Shown here piece by piece: positions 50,801 to 60,327 of a stretch of 64,000 bases of DNA. Position numbers and translations under genes: made by a program. Position 1 is the first letter of the stretch. Each line of letters opens with the position of its first letter. This DNA comes from an uncultured delta proteobacterium (GTDB lineage Bacteria; Myxococcota; UBA727; VGSZ01), in NCBI GenBank assembly GCA_963775425.1, contig CAVZJB010000011.1:256001-320000 (forward strand). Reading direction: 5' to 3'. The notes below the pieces were generated by a model. It made no database searches, had not been told where the DNA came from, and saw nothing but the letters and a program-made list of their open reading frames with translations.

Positions 50801-52475
50801 TCACCACGATGGGCTTCTTGAGCGAGACGGCGCCGCCGGCGGCGCGGGCCGTGAGGCCGTCGACGAGCACCTGCGTCGCGCTGGCCGCCACGTGGGCCGT
50901 GAGAGCGCCCACGGGCACGCCGTAGGCGTCGCCGCGCGCGGCGGTGCCGCGGCCGTCGACGACGACGCTGTGGTAGGGACCGTTCACCGTGCCTTCGAAG
51001 CGCGCGCCGTCGGCGTGGATGTCGGCCGGCACCGCGGGCACGAGGGCCGTGGCGTCGTCTGCGCCGGCGGTGACGTCGAGCGCCAGCCGCTGTTCCTCGG
51101 TGAAGACGTCGCCGTGGACCGTGGCGTCGAGCCGGTCGCCCCGGAGCGTGGCGGACTCGATGGAGACGCGCTTGGGCCGCACCACCACGCGCGCCCGCGC
51201 GTCGACGTTGCCGCGCATCTTGACGGCCGAGATCTCCGCGCGCCGCGCCGTCGCCGACGCGTCGACGGTGATCGGCTTTTCGCCGTCGGCGACGCCGGTG
51301 AGCGTCGCCCGCCCGCTGATCACGCCCTTGGGCGCCGGGTCGAGCTTGGCCGGCTCGAGCGCGCGCGCGACGGGGACGTCGGTGGCCTTGACGCTCAGGT
51401 TCATCTCGAGCCCCGGCAGCTTGACCGTGCCGGCCGCGGCGACGACGCCGCCGGCCTTCAGCCACGTCCCGTCTTCGATGTGCACCACGTCCTTGGTGAC
51501 GTCGATGACGCCGCGGCCCGCGTCCACGTCGTAGCCGTAAGCCTCCGCGTGGGCGAAGGTGCCGTCGGCGTGGACGCGCGGATCCGAAAACGGACCCGTG
51601 ACGTCGACGGAGGCGTGCACCGGGGGCGTATCGAAGGGAAGGCGCTTGAGCCGCTCCGGCCACGCGTTCTTGGGCGCGTCGACGGTGCCGCGCAGGTCGA
51701 GCGACCCCGGGTCCGCGAACCATAGCTTGCCGTGCGCCGTGACCTTGGCGCCCGCGGCGCGCGCCGTGGCCGCGGTGATCTCGAGGCCGTTCTTCACCAC
51801 GCGCACGCCCGCCGCCCTCACGTCGACGAGCGGCACGTCGAGCTGCTTGAGCCGCACCGCGCCCTTCTTGATGGTCGGACGCTTGACGTCGACGACGACG
51901 AGGTCGTGCGCGAGGTCGATCTCGAGCGACGCGGTGGCGTCGATGGTGTCGGCGGTGACGGTGACGTTCTCTTCGTCGGTGAACGTGAAGCCGCCGTTGC
52001 GCGCGATGATGGCGTCGATGCGGAAGGCGGCCTTCTGCGGCTTGTTCTTGTCAGGCGGCTTTTTGGGGGTGAGGGCCTCGATGAGGTTGAGCTTCTTGTC
52101 GTGCAGCCGCAGCGAGAGCAGCGGTTGCGCCAGCTCGATGCGCGAGATGACGATGTCGCCGGCGAGGAGCGACGTCAGCGACAGCGTGGCGGAGGCGCGC
52201 CGCACCCGGGCGACCTCGGCCCCCGACGGGTCGGTGAGCAGCGCGTCCTCGAGGACCACGCTGCTCGGCGCCTGGTAGTCGACGACGCGGGCACGGATGT
52301 GCCCCTTGAGCTTGTCGTTGACGATGCGGAGGAACAGCTCCGGCACGCGATCGTCGAGGCCGGCGAGCCGGACGCCGAGCCCGTCGTGGTCCGGACCGCT
52401 TCGCTGCGCGCCCGCCGGCGGCAAGAGCGCGGCGCAAGCGGCGGCGAGGACGACGGGCAGCTTCACCGGGCACAT
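47862..52475 (-). CDS. tamB: Translocation/assembly module TamB (AsmA-like) protein
   Basis: About 1,540 aa beta-taco-like repeats; C-terminal 'L.G...PRL.G.V...G.V.F' DUF490-like region; coupled to an Omp85 gene; start may be 52466. Confidence 0.8.
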   Translation of the reverse strand: MCPVKLPVVLAAACAALLPPAGAQRSGPDHDGLGVRLAGLDDRVPELFLRIVNDKLKGHIRARVVDYQAPSSVVLEDALLTDPSGAEVARVRRASATLSLTSLLAGDIVISRIELAQPLLSLRLHDKKLNLIEALTPKKPPDKNKPQKAAFRIDAIIARNGGFTFTDEENVTVTADTIDATASLEIDLAHDLVVVDVKRPTIKKGAVRLKQLDVPLVDVRAAGVRVVKNGLEITAATARAAGAKVTAHGKLWFADPGSLDLRGTVDAPKNAWPERLKRLPFDTPPVHASVDVTGPFSDPRVHADGTFAHAEAYGYDVDAGRGVIDVTKDVVHIEDGTWLKAGGVVAAAGTVKLPGLEMNLSVKATDVPVARALEPAKLDPAPKGVISGRATLTGVADGEKPITVDASATARRAEISAVKMRGNVDARARVVVRPKRVSIESATLRGDRLDATVHGDVFTEEQRLALDVTAGADDATALVPAVPADIHADGARFEGTVNGPYHSVVVDGRGTAARGDAYGVPVGALTAHVAASATQVLVDGLTARAAGGAVSLKKPIVVKLKDRRALAGTVRVARADLARIALGAGRTSADGEPSLLAGVADVEAVLGGTVDNPVVALRAAAGGLEVSGEDLGAATARATVSKNLLQVTYADVRGGVVRAHTDDVRLTLPDLVIEGHAHVESLALAGIQAARKARFGGTAQGLVIISGDAKEPEVVARLGATDVSVGDQQLGAGAVDVTYRPEAAGAAGAPRGKATPGGAPRSHVATLAAHLEGSRGAWDVVSSYAVERRIVNAHAEMQNVDLSPFTTQLGKAVSPLEGFATGAVDVSGPLEALDMRLHLRSPEVAVARASPGSTETQGPAPAVMRPLGPLLVDARMDGGSLNARICAFTPEPATPAKAPAPTSAAPSTPPPPLGAPAGEAESPCTAGERVWATIVGDVDGLHGTFDLAVVGQVEEPRLEDLLPALAARDLSVGAKARADAQIVKAEGKPVDIRAEATLLEASVQPPGSLRADLAGTSEVLYADRRVKLVTPARFASPSGDVDVVVAGSVGIEDIDLNVKGSVGLGIAKAFTPQIANASGTAQTSLVVRGRYDKGISVEGTFTPNSGAVVTPRALGEVITFTGGSVAFAPLADNADGLIRVNAKGLKARVGDGDLTLNGLADVRTARQSDRGYVAHWDLVASGSNLVFKLPTGRAEGALDLTLEGDEAAPRLKGRVEVTEGLYRKTFELRNFILQAPPDKASDPLYVTLTPLGLENLELDVGLSLQGFRVRANMANFDADLTLRGDLQLKNTLRVPRLDGAVEVEEGTVDFPRARFEVVEMQIEFPTAVDGKLNPLVHATARTEIPPGAAGTNDTEIPVDLFLDGDLKKGITLDLSATDPQREWTRSELLGFILFGRTIEDTVQNRDVNIALRALTSEATAPVTAELEQLAQQTFGGEVNLDIGGWRWQLGRRLQLEGPGLIVNQQGAQGLTYVNTAATTATSGTATTLNAASTTDQGVRLRLLIYDHLPIGKNLSLEGSTGGPSGGDLRLSLRLFEE

Positions 52476-52581
52476 CGTTATGCTCGGAGTCCCCCGGCGG
52501 CAAGTTGCCGGCCGCCGCAGTAGGGTCCGGAATCCGCCGTCGGCGCGACCGGTTGTCGCCGTCGGCCCGAGGGAGGTCTCG

Positions 52582-53652
52582 ATGCGCGTGGGTCTTGTGT
52601 TCGGCGGGCGAAGCGTGGAGCACGTCGTCAGCGTGCGTTCGGCGCGCACGGTGCGCGAGGGGCTCGTCGCCGCGGGGCACGACGTCGTCGCGCTCGGCAT
52701 CGCGGAGAGCGGCGCGTGGCTCGACCCCGCGGTGTGCGCCGGAGTGCTCGAGGGCAGCGACAAGGCGTTGCCGGCGTCGTCGGAGGGCGTGCGCGCGTCG
52801 CTGCGCCACCTGTGCGAGGCGGACGTCGACGTCGCCTTCCCCATCGTCCACGGCACGTACGGTGAAGACGGCACGCTCCAGGGGCTGTTCGAGATGCTCG
52901 ACCTCCCCTACGTCGGCTGCGGCGTGCTCGCCAGCGCGGTGGCCATGGACAAGCTGCAGAGCAAGCGGCTGTTCGAGGCGGCGGGATTGCCGGTGGTGCC
53001 GTGGGTGGCGGCGGGGCGCGCGGGCTTCGACAACAGCCCCCTGTCGTCGTTGGCCGGCACGGAGACGATGCCGCTGCCGCTGTTCGTGAAGCCGTCGGTG
53101 GGTGGCTCTTCGGTGGGCTGCAAGAAGGTGAAGGACCGGGCTGAGCTCGTCGACGCCGTGCGCTTCGCGCTGAAGTTCGACGACACGGTCCTGGTGGAGC
53201 AGGGGCTCACGGCGCGCGAGATCGAGGTGGCGGTGCTCGGCGCGCCCGGGGCCATGCGCGCGTCGGCCATCGGGGAGATCGTGCCCGGCAACGACTTCTA
53301 CGACTACGAGGACAAGTACCTGAAGGACGACGCCAAGCTGCTGGCGCCCGCTCCCCTCGACGACGCCCTCGCCGCCGAGGTCAAGCGCGTGGCCGCGGCC
53401 GCCATGGAGGCCGTCGGCGGCGCGGGCCTCGCGCGCGTGGATTTCTTCGTCGACGGCGAGCGCCTCTACCTGAACGAGATCAACACGCTGCCGGGCTTCA
53501 CGTCGGTGTCGATGTACCCTCGCCTGTGGGGGCTGGCGGGCGTCCCCTTGCCCGAGCTCGTCGACACGCTGGTGAGGCTCGGCGTCGAGCGGCACAGGAG
53601 CAAGGCTCGCCTCGACGAGAGCCTGCGGGACTTCATCGCCTCGCTCGTCTGA
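52582..53652 (+). CDS. ddl: D-alanine-D-alanine ligase
   Basis: 'FGGRSVEH.VS', 'HGTYGEDG', 'AMDK', 'FVKP..GSS.G', 'FYDYEDKY', 'NEINTLPGFT'; GGAGG RBS. Confidence 0.96.
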   Translation: MRVGLVFGGRSVEHVVSVRSARTVREGLVAAGHDVVALGIAESGAWLDPAVCAGVLEGSDKALPASSEGVRASLRHLCEADVDVAFPIVHGTYGEDGTLQGLFEMLDLPYVGCGVLASAVAMDKLQSKRLFEAAGLPVVPWVAAGRAGFDNSPLSSLAGTETMPLPLFVKPSVGGSSVGCKKVKDRAELVDAVRFALKFDDTVLVEQGLTAREIEVAVLGAPGAMRASAIGEIVPGNDFYDYEDKYLKDDAKLLAPAPLDDALAAEVKRVAAAAMEAVGGAGLARVDFFVDGERLYLNEINTLPGFTSVSMYPRLWGLAGVPLPELVDTLVRLGVERHRSKARLDESLRDFIASLV

Positions 53653-53670
53653 CCCGGCCGCGAACCTTGG

Positions 53671-55395
53671 TTACTCGGGGAGGGTGACGTGCCAGCGCTC
53701 CGCCTCGGCCACGCGGCGGGCGGTCTCGTCCTTTTCGCCGAGCGTGCGCACGATGCCGACGGCGAGCTGGTGCGCGAGGGGGTTGCCGGGGTCGACGGCG
53801 AGCGCGGCGTCGAGGTCGCGCAGCGCGGCGTTGAGCTTGCCCTCGTGGCTCAACACGCGCGCGTGCAGCACGAGCGCCACGCTCGCGGGGTGCGCGCGGG
53901 CGACGACGGGATCGAGCGCGCCGTGCGCGAGGGCGAGGGCCTCGGGGCAGCCGTCGGCCTGCACGCAGTTGTCGAGGACGTCGAGCGCCTGCTGGCCGAT
54001 CTTGAGCCGCGGCTCGACGTCGAACGGCACGGCCGCGGCATAGCTGCGCAGCGGCCCCGGGTCGTCGCCACCGAGCGCGGCGTCGCGGAAGAACAGCACG
54101 CCGGTGAGGACCGCGGTGAGCACCACGAACGCGCCCGTCACCCGACGCTGCAACGCGCCCGCCGGCGCCGGCGGCTCCGTCGCCAGCACGAGCCCCCACA
54201 TGACGCCGGCGATCGACGCGGTCTGCGCGACGTGACCGTCGTAGTCGATGCACAGCCGCACCGCGTACGCGGCGGCGCCGCCGGCGAGGACCATGTCGGC
54301 GACGCCGAGGCTGTCGCGCCGCTTCCACAGCGCGCGAGCGCAGACGACGAGGGCGCCCACGACGAGCAGCGCGCCGACGACGCCGCCCTCGGCCAGGTAC
54401 TCGAGCGGCGTGGAGTGCGCGTAGCGCGTGAGGTTCGCGTCGGGCGTGCGCGTCGCCAGGTAGGCGGCGGGGAAGCGCATGAAGCCCACGCCGAGGAGCG
54501 GGTGCTCCGCCGCGATGGTCAACGCCGCGCGCCAGTTGTCGACGCGCTCGCCGGCGGAGTGGGCGAGCGCGTCGCCTCCGCGAACGGCGAAGGCGACAGC
54601 GGCGGCGGCGCCGGCGACGACGACGCCGGTGCCCGCGAGCAACAAGCCCTGCTTGAGCGAGCGCCGCAGGGCGAACGCGACGGCGCACACGGCGATGCCG
54701 ACGACGAACGCGAGCGCGGTGCCGAAGGAGCGCACGGCGACGACGCCCGACGCCGACACCGCGGCGATGCCGGCGAGCACCATGCGCTTGCGGCGCACGG
54801 TGGCCGGATCGGCTTCCGGAGCGAGCGGCCGCGCCGGATCGGGCTCGGCGCCGTCGACGCGCGCCGCGGGGGCCTCGAGCGCCAACGCGAACGCGGCGAA
54901 CGCGCCCGCGAGGCAGAGGCCGCCGCACAGATCCGGCGAGAGCGACAAGCCGAGCGGCCGCGCGGCGCGCAGGGTGGCGATCACCTGCTCGTCGAGGCCG
55001 AGCTCCTGCGCGCGCGCGAGCTTCTCCGGCCAGTCGATCGCCTTCTGCCACGCCGCCGCCACCGCGTTGAGCGCGCCGCCGGCGCTCACGCCCCACAACA
55101 GCGCCGTGCGGCAGCTCCCCGTCGACGCCAGCAGGAAGAACGCGGCCGGGCCGAGGGCGGCGGGCAGCGCGATGAAAGACACCCACGGGTCCCACGACGT
55201 CGGCACCGACAGGATGGCGCCGCCGGTGACGAGCGCCGCCGCCACGAGCGCGTGGCGAGGTGCCCCCGCCACCAACGCCAAAGCCAGCGCCGCGAGGCAC
55301 ACGTGCGCGTCGACGAGCGACGGCGCGTGCGCCGTGAGCCCCATGCGCACGACGACGAGCCCGGCGCAGGCGAGGAGAAAAGCGCGCCCCGTCAA
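53671..55395 (-). CDS. O-antigen ligase (Wzy_C)-like membrane protein with a C-terminal TPR
   Basis: Many TMs; 'R..NW..AL....P..GVG..F...Y...AHS..LE.LAEGG'; TTG 55395 overlaps the upstream stop. Confidence 0.8.
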   Translation of the reverse strand: MTGRAFLLACAGLVVVRMGLTAHAPSLVDAHVCLAALALALVAGAPRHALVAAALVTGGAILSVPTSWDPWVSFIALPAALGPAAFFLLASTGSCRTALLWGVSAGGALNAVAAAWQKAIDWPEKLARAQELGLDEQVIATLRAARPLGLSLSPDLCGGLCLAGAFAAFALALEAPAARVDGAEPDPARPLAPEADPATVRRKRMVLAGIAAVSASGVVAVRSFGTALAFVVGIAVCAVAFALRRSLKQGLLLAGTGVVVAGAAAAVAFAVRGGDALAHSAGERVDNWRAALTIAAEHPLLGVGFMRFPAAYLATRTPDANLTRYAHSTPLEYLAEGGVVGALLVVGALVVCARALWKRRDSLGVADMVLAGGAAAYAVRLCIDYDGHVAQTASIAGVMWGLVLATEPPAPAGALQRRVTGAFVVLTAVLTGVLFFRDAALGGDDPGPLRSYAAAVPFDVEPRLKIGQQALDVLDNCVQADGCPEALALAHGALDPVVARAHPASVALVLHARVLSHEGKLNAALRDLDAALAVDPGNPLAHQLAVGIVRTLGEKDETARRVAEAERWHVTLPE

Positions 55396-56348
55396 CGCCC
55401 GCCCACGATGGACACGCAGTGATCGATGGTGCCGGCGCGCGTGACGTGCACGCGCACCGCCAGCGCGCTCGTGAGGGGGATGGGCACCTCGAGCGCGTCG
55501 CGCGGCTTGGGCGTGTGCCAGCGCGCCATCGCGCGGCAGAGGCAGGACAGGGCCTTGCCCTCGTCGTCGACGCGCAAGGCCGCCGACACGTACTTGTCGA
55601 CGCAGCGCTTGAGATCGATGGCGCGAGACGCGGCGTAGTCCTTGACGGCGCCGGCGTCGGTGGCGGCGAGCGCGGCGGGATCGGTGTTGTCCTTGAGGGC
55701 CGTGGGCGTGGGCCGCGCTTCGAGCTTGCTCTCGTCGAGGAAGCACGCGTGGGAGGTGAGCAGCTCCTGGACGGCGCCGCGCTCGTCGGCGCCGGCGTCG
55801 GCGCCGCGCGCGAGCTCGACGGTGCGTGCGGCGGCGGTGCACGCGGCGCTCTTCATGGCCGGCGCGCGCGCACGCACACCGGCCGAGCGCGCGTTCCTCA
55901 CGTCGTCGTACAAGGCCATGAGGCCTCTCGACAGCGCGCGGTGGGTCTCGAAGCGCGCGCGCCCGAGGCCCGGCACGGGCGACAGCGGCTTCCACGACGA
56001 GACGCTCTGTGCCACGCGCGCCACGTCGGCGAACGCGTCGGCGCGCGCGTCGACGGCGGCCTTGGCGTCGGCGTCGCCGGCCGCGTCGAGCGTGCGCTTG
56101 CGGGCGAGCGCGACGTCGACGAGCGCGCGGCACTCGACGCCGCGCAGACCCGAGACGCGCAGCGCGTCCTTGCAGCGGTCGGTGGCGCCGGCGGCGGCGA
56201 GCGCGGCGTCGACGTCGACGCGCGGCGCGCGCCGGGCCGCCCGGACCAGGCGCGCCGGCTCGTCGAGGGCGCGCCCGGCGAGCGCCCCGGAGGCCGGCAG
56301 GATCAGCAGGCCGACGAGCGCCACGAGGCGCTCCGCGGAGGGTCGCAT
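55392..56348 (-). CDS. Hypothetical exported protein, Cys-containing
   Basis: Signal-like N-terminus; leaderless-type -10 upstream; coupled to the downstream gene. Confidence 0.6.
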   Translation of the reverse strand: MRPSAERLVALVGLLILPASGALAGRALDEPARLVRAARRAPRVDVDAALAAAGATDRCKDALRVSGLRGVECRALVDVALARKRTLDAAGDADAKAAVDARADAFADVARVAQSVSSWKPLSPVPGLGRARFETHRALSRGLMALYDDVRNARSAGVRARAPAMKSAACTAAARTVELARGADAGADERGAVQELLTSHACFLDESKLEARPTPTALKDNTDPAALAATDAGAVKDYAASRAIDLKRCVDKYVSAALRVDDEGKALSCLCRAMARWHTPKPRDALEVPIPLTSALAVRVHVTRAGTIDHCVSIVGGR

Positions 56349-56434
56349 GCGAGCACTCTACAGCGTCGGGGACGGACAGGGCGCAATCGCCCCGGTGTGA
56401 CGCGCCCGGAGCGGATCCACATCCGGCGCCGAGC

Positions 56435-56463
56435 TTGACCCCCCGGGGGGTGCCACTTATTGT
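56435..56463 (+). promoter_or_regulatory. Putative sigma-70 promoter with a palindromic spacer
   Basis: TTGACC-N17-TATTGT; ACCCCCCGGGGGGT palindrome at 56438-56451. Confidence 0.6.
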
Positions 56464-56522
56464 CACTTTGCCTGCCGCGACGACGAATCCTCGTCGTCGA
56501 CGCGGGCTTTTGGGAGCTTCGT

Positions 56523-59500
56523 TTGGCGATCAACCGCGACAAGGTCGAGGCAACCGCCATCAAGCTCTTGCAGCAAGGCAAGTACGACAAGGCGATCGTC
56601 GAGTTCAAGAAGCTCGTCGACGATGACAAGACCGACGTCCGCAACCTGCTCAAGCTGGGCGAGACGTACGTGAAGGTGGGGGCGCGCAAGGAGTCCATCG
56701 ACGCGTACGAGAAGGCCGCCGCCATCTACACGGAGCAGGGCTTCTATTTGAAGGCCGTCGCGGTCTTCAAGCAGATCCTCCGCGTCGACGCCAACGTCCC
56801 CGAGCTGCACCTCAAGCTCGCCGAGCTCTACCAGCAGCTCGGCCTCACGTCGGACGCGCTGGCGCACTACCAGACCGTCGCCGTGTTCTACGAGCAAGGC
56901 GGCCGTCCTCGCGACGCCCTCGACATGCTCAAGCGCATGGTCGACCTCGACCCGGACAACATCGCTTCGCGCATCAAGCTCGGCGAGCTGTTCGCGCAGC
57001 AGGGTCTCGCCGAAGAGGCGTCGCAGGAGATGCGCAGCGCGCTCAACTTCCTGAAGCAGCAGCAGCGCTTCGACGACTACGTGCGCGTCGGCGAGCGGCT
57101 CGTCGCCTACGACGCCGGCGCGCTCGACGTCGCGCAGGACCTCGCGCGCATCTACATGCAGCGCGAGCAGCCGAGCGTGGCGCTCGGCAAGCTGCAGATG
57201 TGCTTCAAGGCCGACCCGCGCAACGTCGAGGTGCTCGCGATGATCGCGCAGGCCTTCCTCGACATGCAGCAGGTGCCGAAGACCATCTCCGTGTTCAAGG
57301 AGATGGCCAAGATCTACTCGGCCGACGGCAACGTCGAGCTCGCCACGCGCACCTGGGAGCGCGTGATCGAGCTGCACCCCGGCGACGCGGAGGCGGAGCA
57401 GGCGCTCGGTCGCAACGGCCCGCAGACCACGGCGCCGGCCTACGGGCGCCCCACGCTCGTGCCCACGGTGGTGGCGCCCGCGCAGGCGCAAGCGCCCATC
57501 GCCGCGCAGCCGAACAGCGCGCCGCAGCCGCGCGTCAGCGCCGAGGACGAGCAACTGCAGCGCCTGCTCACCGAGACCGACGTCTACGTGAAGTACGGGC
57601 TCAAGGAGAAGGCGATCGAGCACATCCAGAAGGTGTTCGCCGTCCGGCCCGACCACATCCCCGCGCTCGAGAAGCTGAAGGACCTCCAGCAGCAGGTCGG
57701 CGGGCGCGACCTCGCCGCCACGTTGAAGCGCCTCGTCGACGCGGCGGAGAAGCAGGGGCACGCGCGCGTCGAGGAGTGGCGTCGTGAGCTCTCTCGCGCG
57801 GGCGCGCCGGCGCGGCCCCTCACGCAGCCGTCGCTCATCATCCCCGTCAGCCAGTCGGCGGCGCCGTCGTCGGGCGAGGGCGACATCGTCATCACCGACG
57901 ACTCGCAGCAGAGCCAGCTCGCCGACGAGCCGTTTCTGCAGAGCGAGTCGGGCGTCATCCGCCTCGACGACAACGCCTCCGGCATCATCGCCCTCGACCC
58001 CTCCGCGCTCGACGAGCCGTTCCTCGACGGCGACGGCTCCATGATGGACGACATGTCCGGCACCGCGGCGCTGCCGCCCGACGAGCCCGACGGCTTCGAC
58101 GCGCCGCGCGAGATCCCGCGCATGCCCACCGGGGTGTTGCGCGCGCCCGAGCCGCTGCGTCCGCCGCCGATGGGCGCGCCGCCGCCGATCGCCGCGTCGC
58201 CCGAGCCGCCGGTCCTGGCGCTCGACGACGTCGTTGACTTCAACGACGCCGACGCCCTCGTGCGCAAGGCGCTGCAGGACATCAGCGCCGAGGACGTCGC
58301 CGCCGCCGCCGACGAGCTCTTGCTCGAGGCGTCCCCCGACGACATCCTGCCGTCGTCGGGCGAGGGCGACGCCGTCGAGGGGCCGCAGTCGGGCGCGTTC
58401 GAGCTGTCCACGGGGCAGATGCCGGCGCTCCTCACCGACGCCGCCCCCGAGTCGCGCACGGTGCCCACGCGGAGCGGCATCTCCAACCCCGACGACGACG
58501 AGATCGATCGCCTCGCGCGCGAAGCCGTGGACGACGCCAACCGCAGCCTCGTCGCCGACGTCGCCGCCACCGCGCTCATGAGCCTGTCGCCGCAGGAGCA
58601 ACACGAGATCGACGAGCTCGAGGGCAGCTCCGGCTTCTCTTCGGGCGTGTCCCCCGTCGGCGCCACGGTGGTGCGTGCGTCCGCGGCGGCGTCGCTGGAG
58701 CCGCCGGCGCTGCCGCCCGAGATGCGCGACGACGACGACAGCGCGGGCTTCGACGAGCCCACGCTCGCGCTCCTCCCGCCGGCGCCGTCGAGCGACGTGC
58801 CCACCGACGAGCGCCCGCGCAAGGCCGCCGCCGCGCGTCCGGCGCCGAGCCTCCTCACCAACAGCCCCTCCTCCGACGACGACGACGACAACGTGCCCAC
58901 GCTCTCCGGGGCGAAGCAGCGTCCCGACCTCAAGCCGAGGAGCGCGAGCGACCTGAGCTTCCCGGACATCGGCGCCGCCGCCGGGGGCGCCGCCGACGCC
59001 GGGGGCGCGAGCGCCGTCGAACGCGAGCGGGGCGCGCCGCCGGCGCGCGCGACGGCGGCGCCTCCGCCGGAGCTCGCCGGCGACTTCTCCGAGGAGTTCG
59101 ACCCGTCGAGCTTCGACCTCCCCGACGACGTGAAGGAGCTGTTGCGCCGCGACGCCAGCGGGCCCACGCCGGCGGCGCCGGGCGCGGAGGAGCCCCTCGA
59201 GGCCATCGGCGAGCTCGAGGAGCTTCAGCCCGAGATCCCGTCGGCGGCGAGCCTGGGCCTCGAGGAGCTCCCGCCGGAGATGAGCTTCGACGCGTTCTCG
59301 GAGCCGTCCGGCGAGATCACGCTGCGCGGCAAGCTGGGCCTCGCCAACAAGGCCCACGGCTTCGAGGACGACCCGGCCAACCAGTTCTTCCCCGACGAGC
59401 TCGAGGAGGCCGAGTTCTTCATCCAGCAGGAGCTCCTCGACGAAGCGCGCGACATCCTGTCGGCCATCCTCGAGGACGTGCCGGACAGCGCGCGCGTCCA

Positions 59501-60263
59501 GTGGATGCTCGCGCGCGTGGTGGCCAAGGAGAACGGCGAGCCGGAGCCGCCGGCTCCGTGGGAGCAGCGCATCCTCGAGGAGGTGCAGGCGCAGCTCGAG
59601 GACCTCGGCATCTCGGAGGCCACCGGGCAGCGCGAGGCCGCCGAGCCCGCCCTCGGCGACGGCACCGCGCAGGTGTCGGTGGAAGAGGTGCTCAGCCAAT
59701 TCAAGAAGGGCGTGGCCGAGACCGTCCCCGAGGACGACGCCGCCACCCACTACGAGCTCGGCATCGCCTACAAGGAGATGGGCCTCCACGACGACGCCGT
59801 CACCGAGTTCAACATCGCCGCGCGCGCGTCCTCTCGCGCCGCCGACGCCCGCTTCATGATCGGCGTCGTGCGCCTCGACCAGGGACGGCGCGAAGACGCG
59901 CTGCAGGCCCTCGAGGAGGCGGTGGCGGTGCCCACCGCCACGCGCGACCAGCGCGGCGCGGCCGAGTACCAGCGCGGCGTCGTCCTCGAGGAGCTCGATC
60001 GCCTCGTCGAGGCGCTTCGCGCCTTCAAGGCCGCGAAGGCGCACGGCAGCGCGGCGGTGGATCTCGATCGGCGCATCCAGGAGCTCACGGCGAAGGTGGG
60101 GGGCGACGACGGCGGCGGCCCCGCGGCGCCCAACGGATCCCGCGGCGGCGGCGGCGGGAGCGGCGGCGGCAACAACGGCAGCAACAACCACGGCGCCAAC
60201 GGCCACGGAAAGCCGGGCGAGCGACCGCCGGGCCGCGGGCCCAAGAACATCGACTACGTATGA
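56523..60263 (+). CDS. sgmX: SgmX-like TPR protein (type IVa pilus activator family)
   Basis: N-terminal TPR block 'KLLQQGKYDKAIVEFKK', central 'LLTETDVYVKYGL', acidic linker, C-terminal 'VLSQFKKGV...D..THYELGIAYKEMGL'; followed by an ExeA-type ATPase as recalled for the myxobacterial sgmX locus; TTG start with GGGAG RBS. Confidence 0.7.
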   Translation: MAINRDKVEATAIKLLQQGKYDKAIVEFKKLVDDDKTDVRNLLKLGETYVKVGARKESIDAYEKAAAIYTEQGFYLKAVAVFKQILRVDANVPELHLKLAELYQQLGLTSDALAHYQTVAVFYEQGGRPRDALDMLKRMVDLDPDNIASRIKLGELFAQQGLAEEASQEMRSALNFLKQQQRFDDYVRVGERLVAYDAGALDVAQDLARIYMQREQPSVALGKLQMCFKADPRNVEVLAMIAQAFLDMQQVPKTISVFKEMAKIYSADGNVELATRTWERVIELHPGDAEAEQALGRNGPQTTAPAYGRPTLVPTVVAPAQAQAPIAAQPNSAPQPRVSAEDEQLQRLLTETDVYVKYGLKEKAIEHIQKVFAVRPDHIPALEKLKDLQQQVGGRDLAATLKRLVDAAEKQGHARVEEWRRELSRAGAPARPLTQPSLIIPVSQSAAPSSGEGDIVITDDSQQSQLADEPFLQSESGVIRLDDNASGIIALDPSALDEPFLDGDGSMMDDMSGTAALPPDEPDGFDAPREIPRMPTGVLRAPEPLRPPPMGAPPPIAASPEPPVLALDDVVDFNDADALVRKALQDISAEDVAAAADELLLEASPDDILPSSGEGDAVEGPQSGAFELSTGQMPALLTDAAPESRTVPTRSGISNPDDDEIDRLAREAVDDANRSLVADVAATALMSLSPQEQHEIDELEGSSGFSSGVSPVGATVVRASAAASLEPPALPPEMRDDDDSAGFDEPTLALLPPAPSSDVPTDERPRKAAAARPAPSLLTNSPSSDDDDDNVPTLSGAKQRPDLKPRSASDLSFPDIGAAAGGAADAGGASAVERERGAPPARATAAPPPELAGDFSEEFDPSSFDLPDDVKELLRRDASGPTPAAPGAEEPLEAIGELEELQPEIPSAASLGLEELPPEMSFDAFSEPSGEITLRGKLGLANKAHGFEDDPANQFFPDELEEAEFFIQQELLDEARDILSAILEDVPDSARVQWMLARVVAKENGEPEPPAPWEQRILEEVQAQLEDLGISEATGQREAAEPALGDGTAQVSVEEVLSQFKKGVAETVPEDDAATHYELGIAYKEMGLHDDAVTEFNIAARASSRAADARFMIGVVRLDQGRREDALQALEEAVAVPTATRDQRGAAEYQRGVVLEELDRLVEALRAFKAAKAHGSAAVDLDRRIQELTAKVGGDDGGGPAAPNGSRGGGGGSGGGNNGSNNHGANGHGKPGERPPGRGPKNIDYV

Positions 60264-60327
60264 TCCTCCCGCACGCCTTCCCTCACTTCGCTCGGTCAGA
60301 GTGCGCGCCTCCCTCCGGTCGGCCCCT

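Noticed and set aside
52582-53652. Possible D-Ala-D-Lac (Van-type) ligase
   Set aside because: The omega loop 'FYDYEDKY' is of the D-Ala-D-Ala type and no van cluster genes are adjacent
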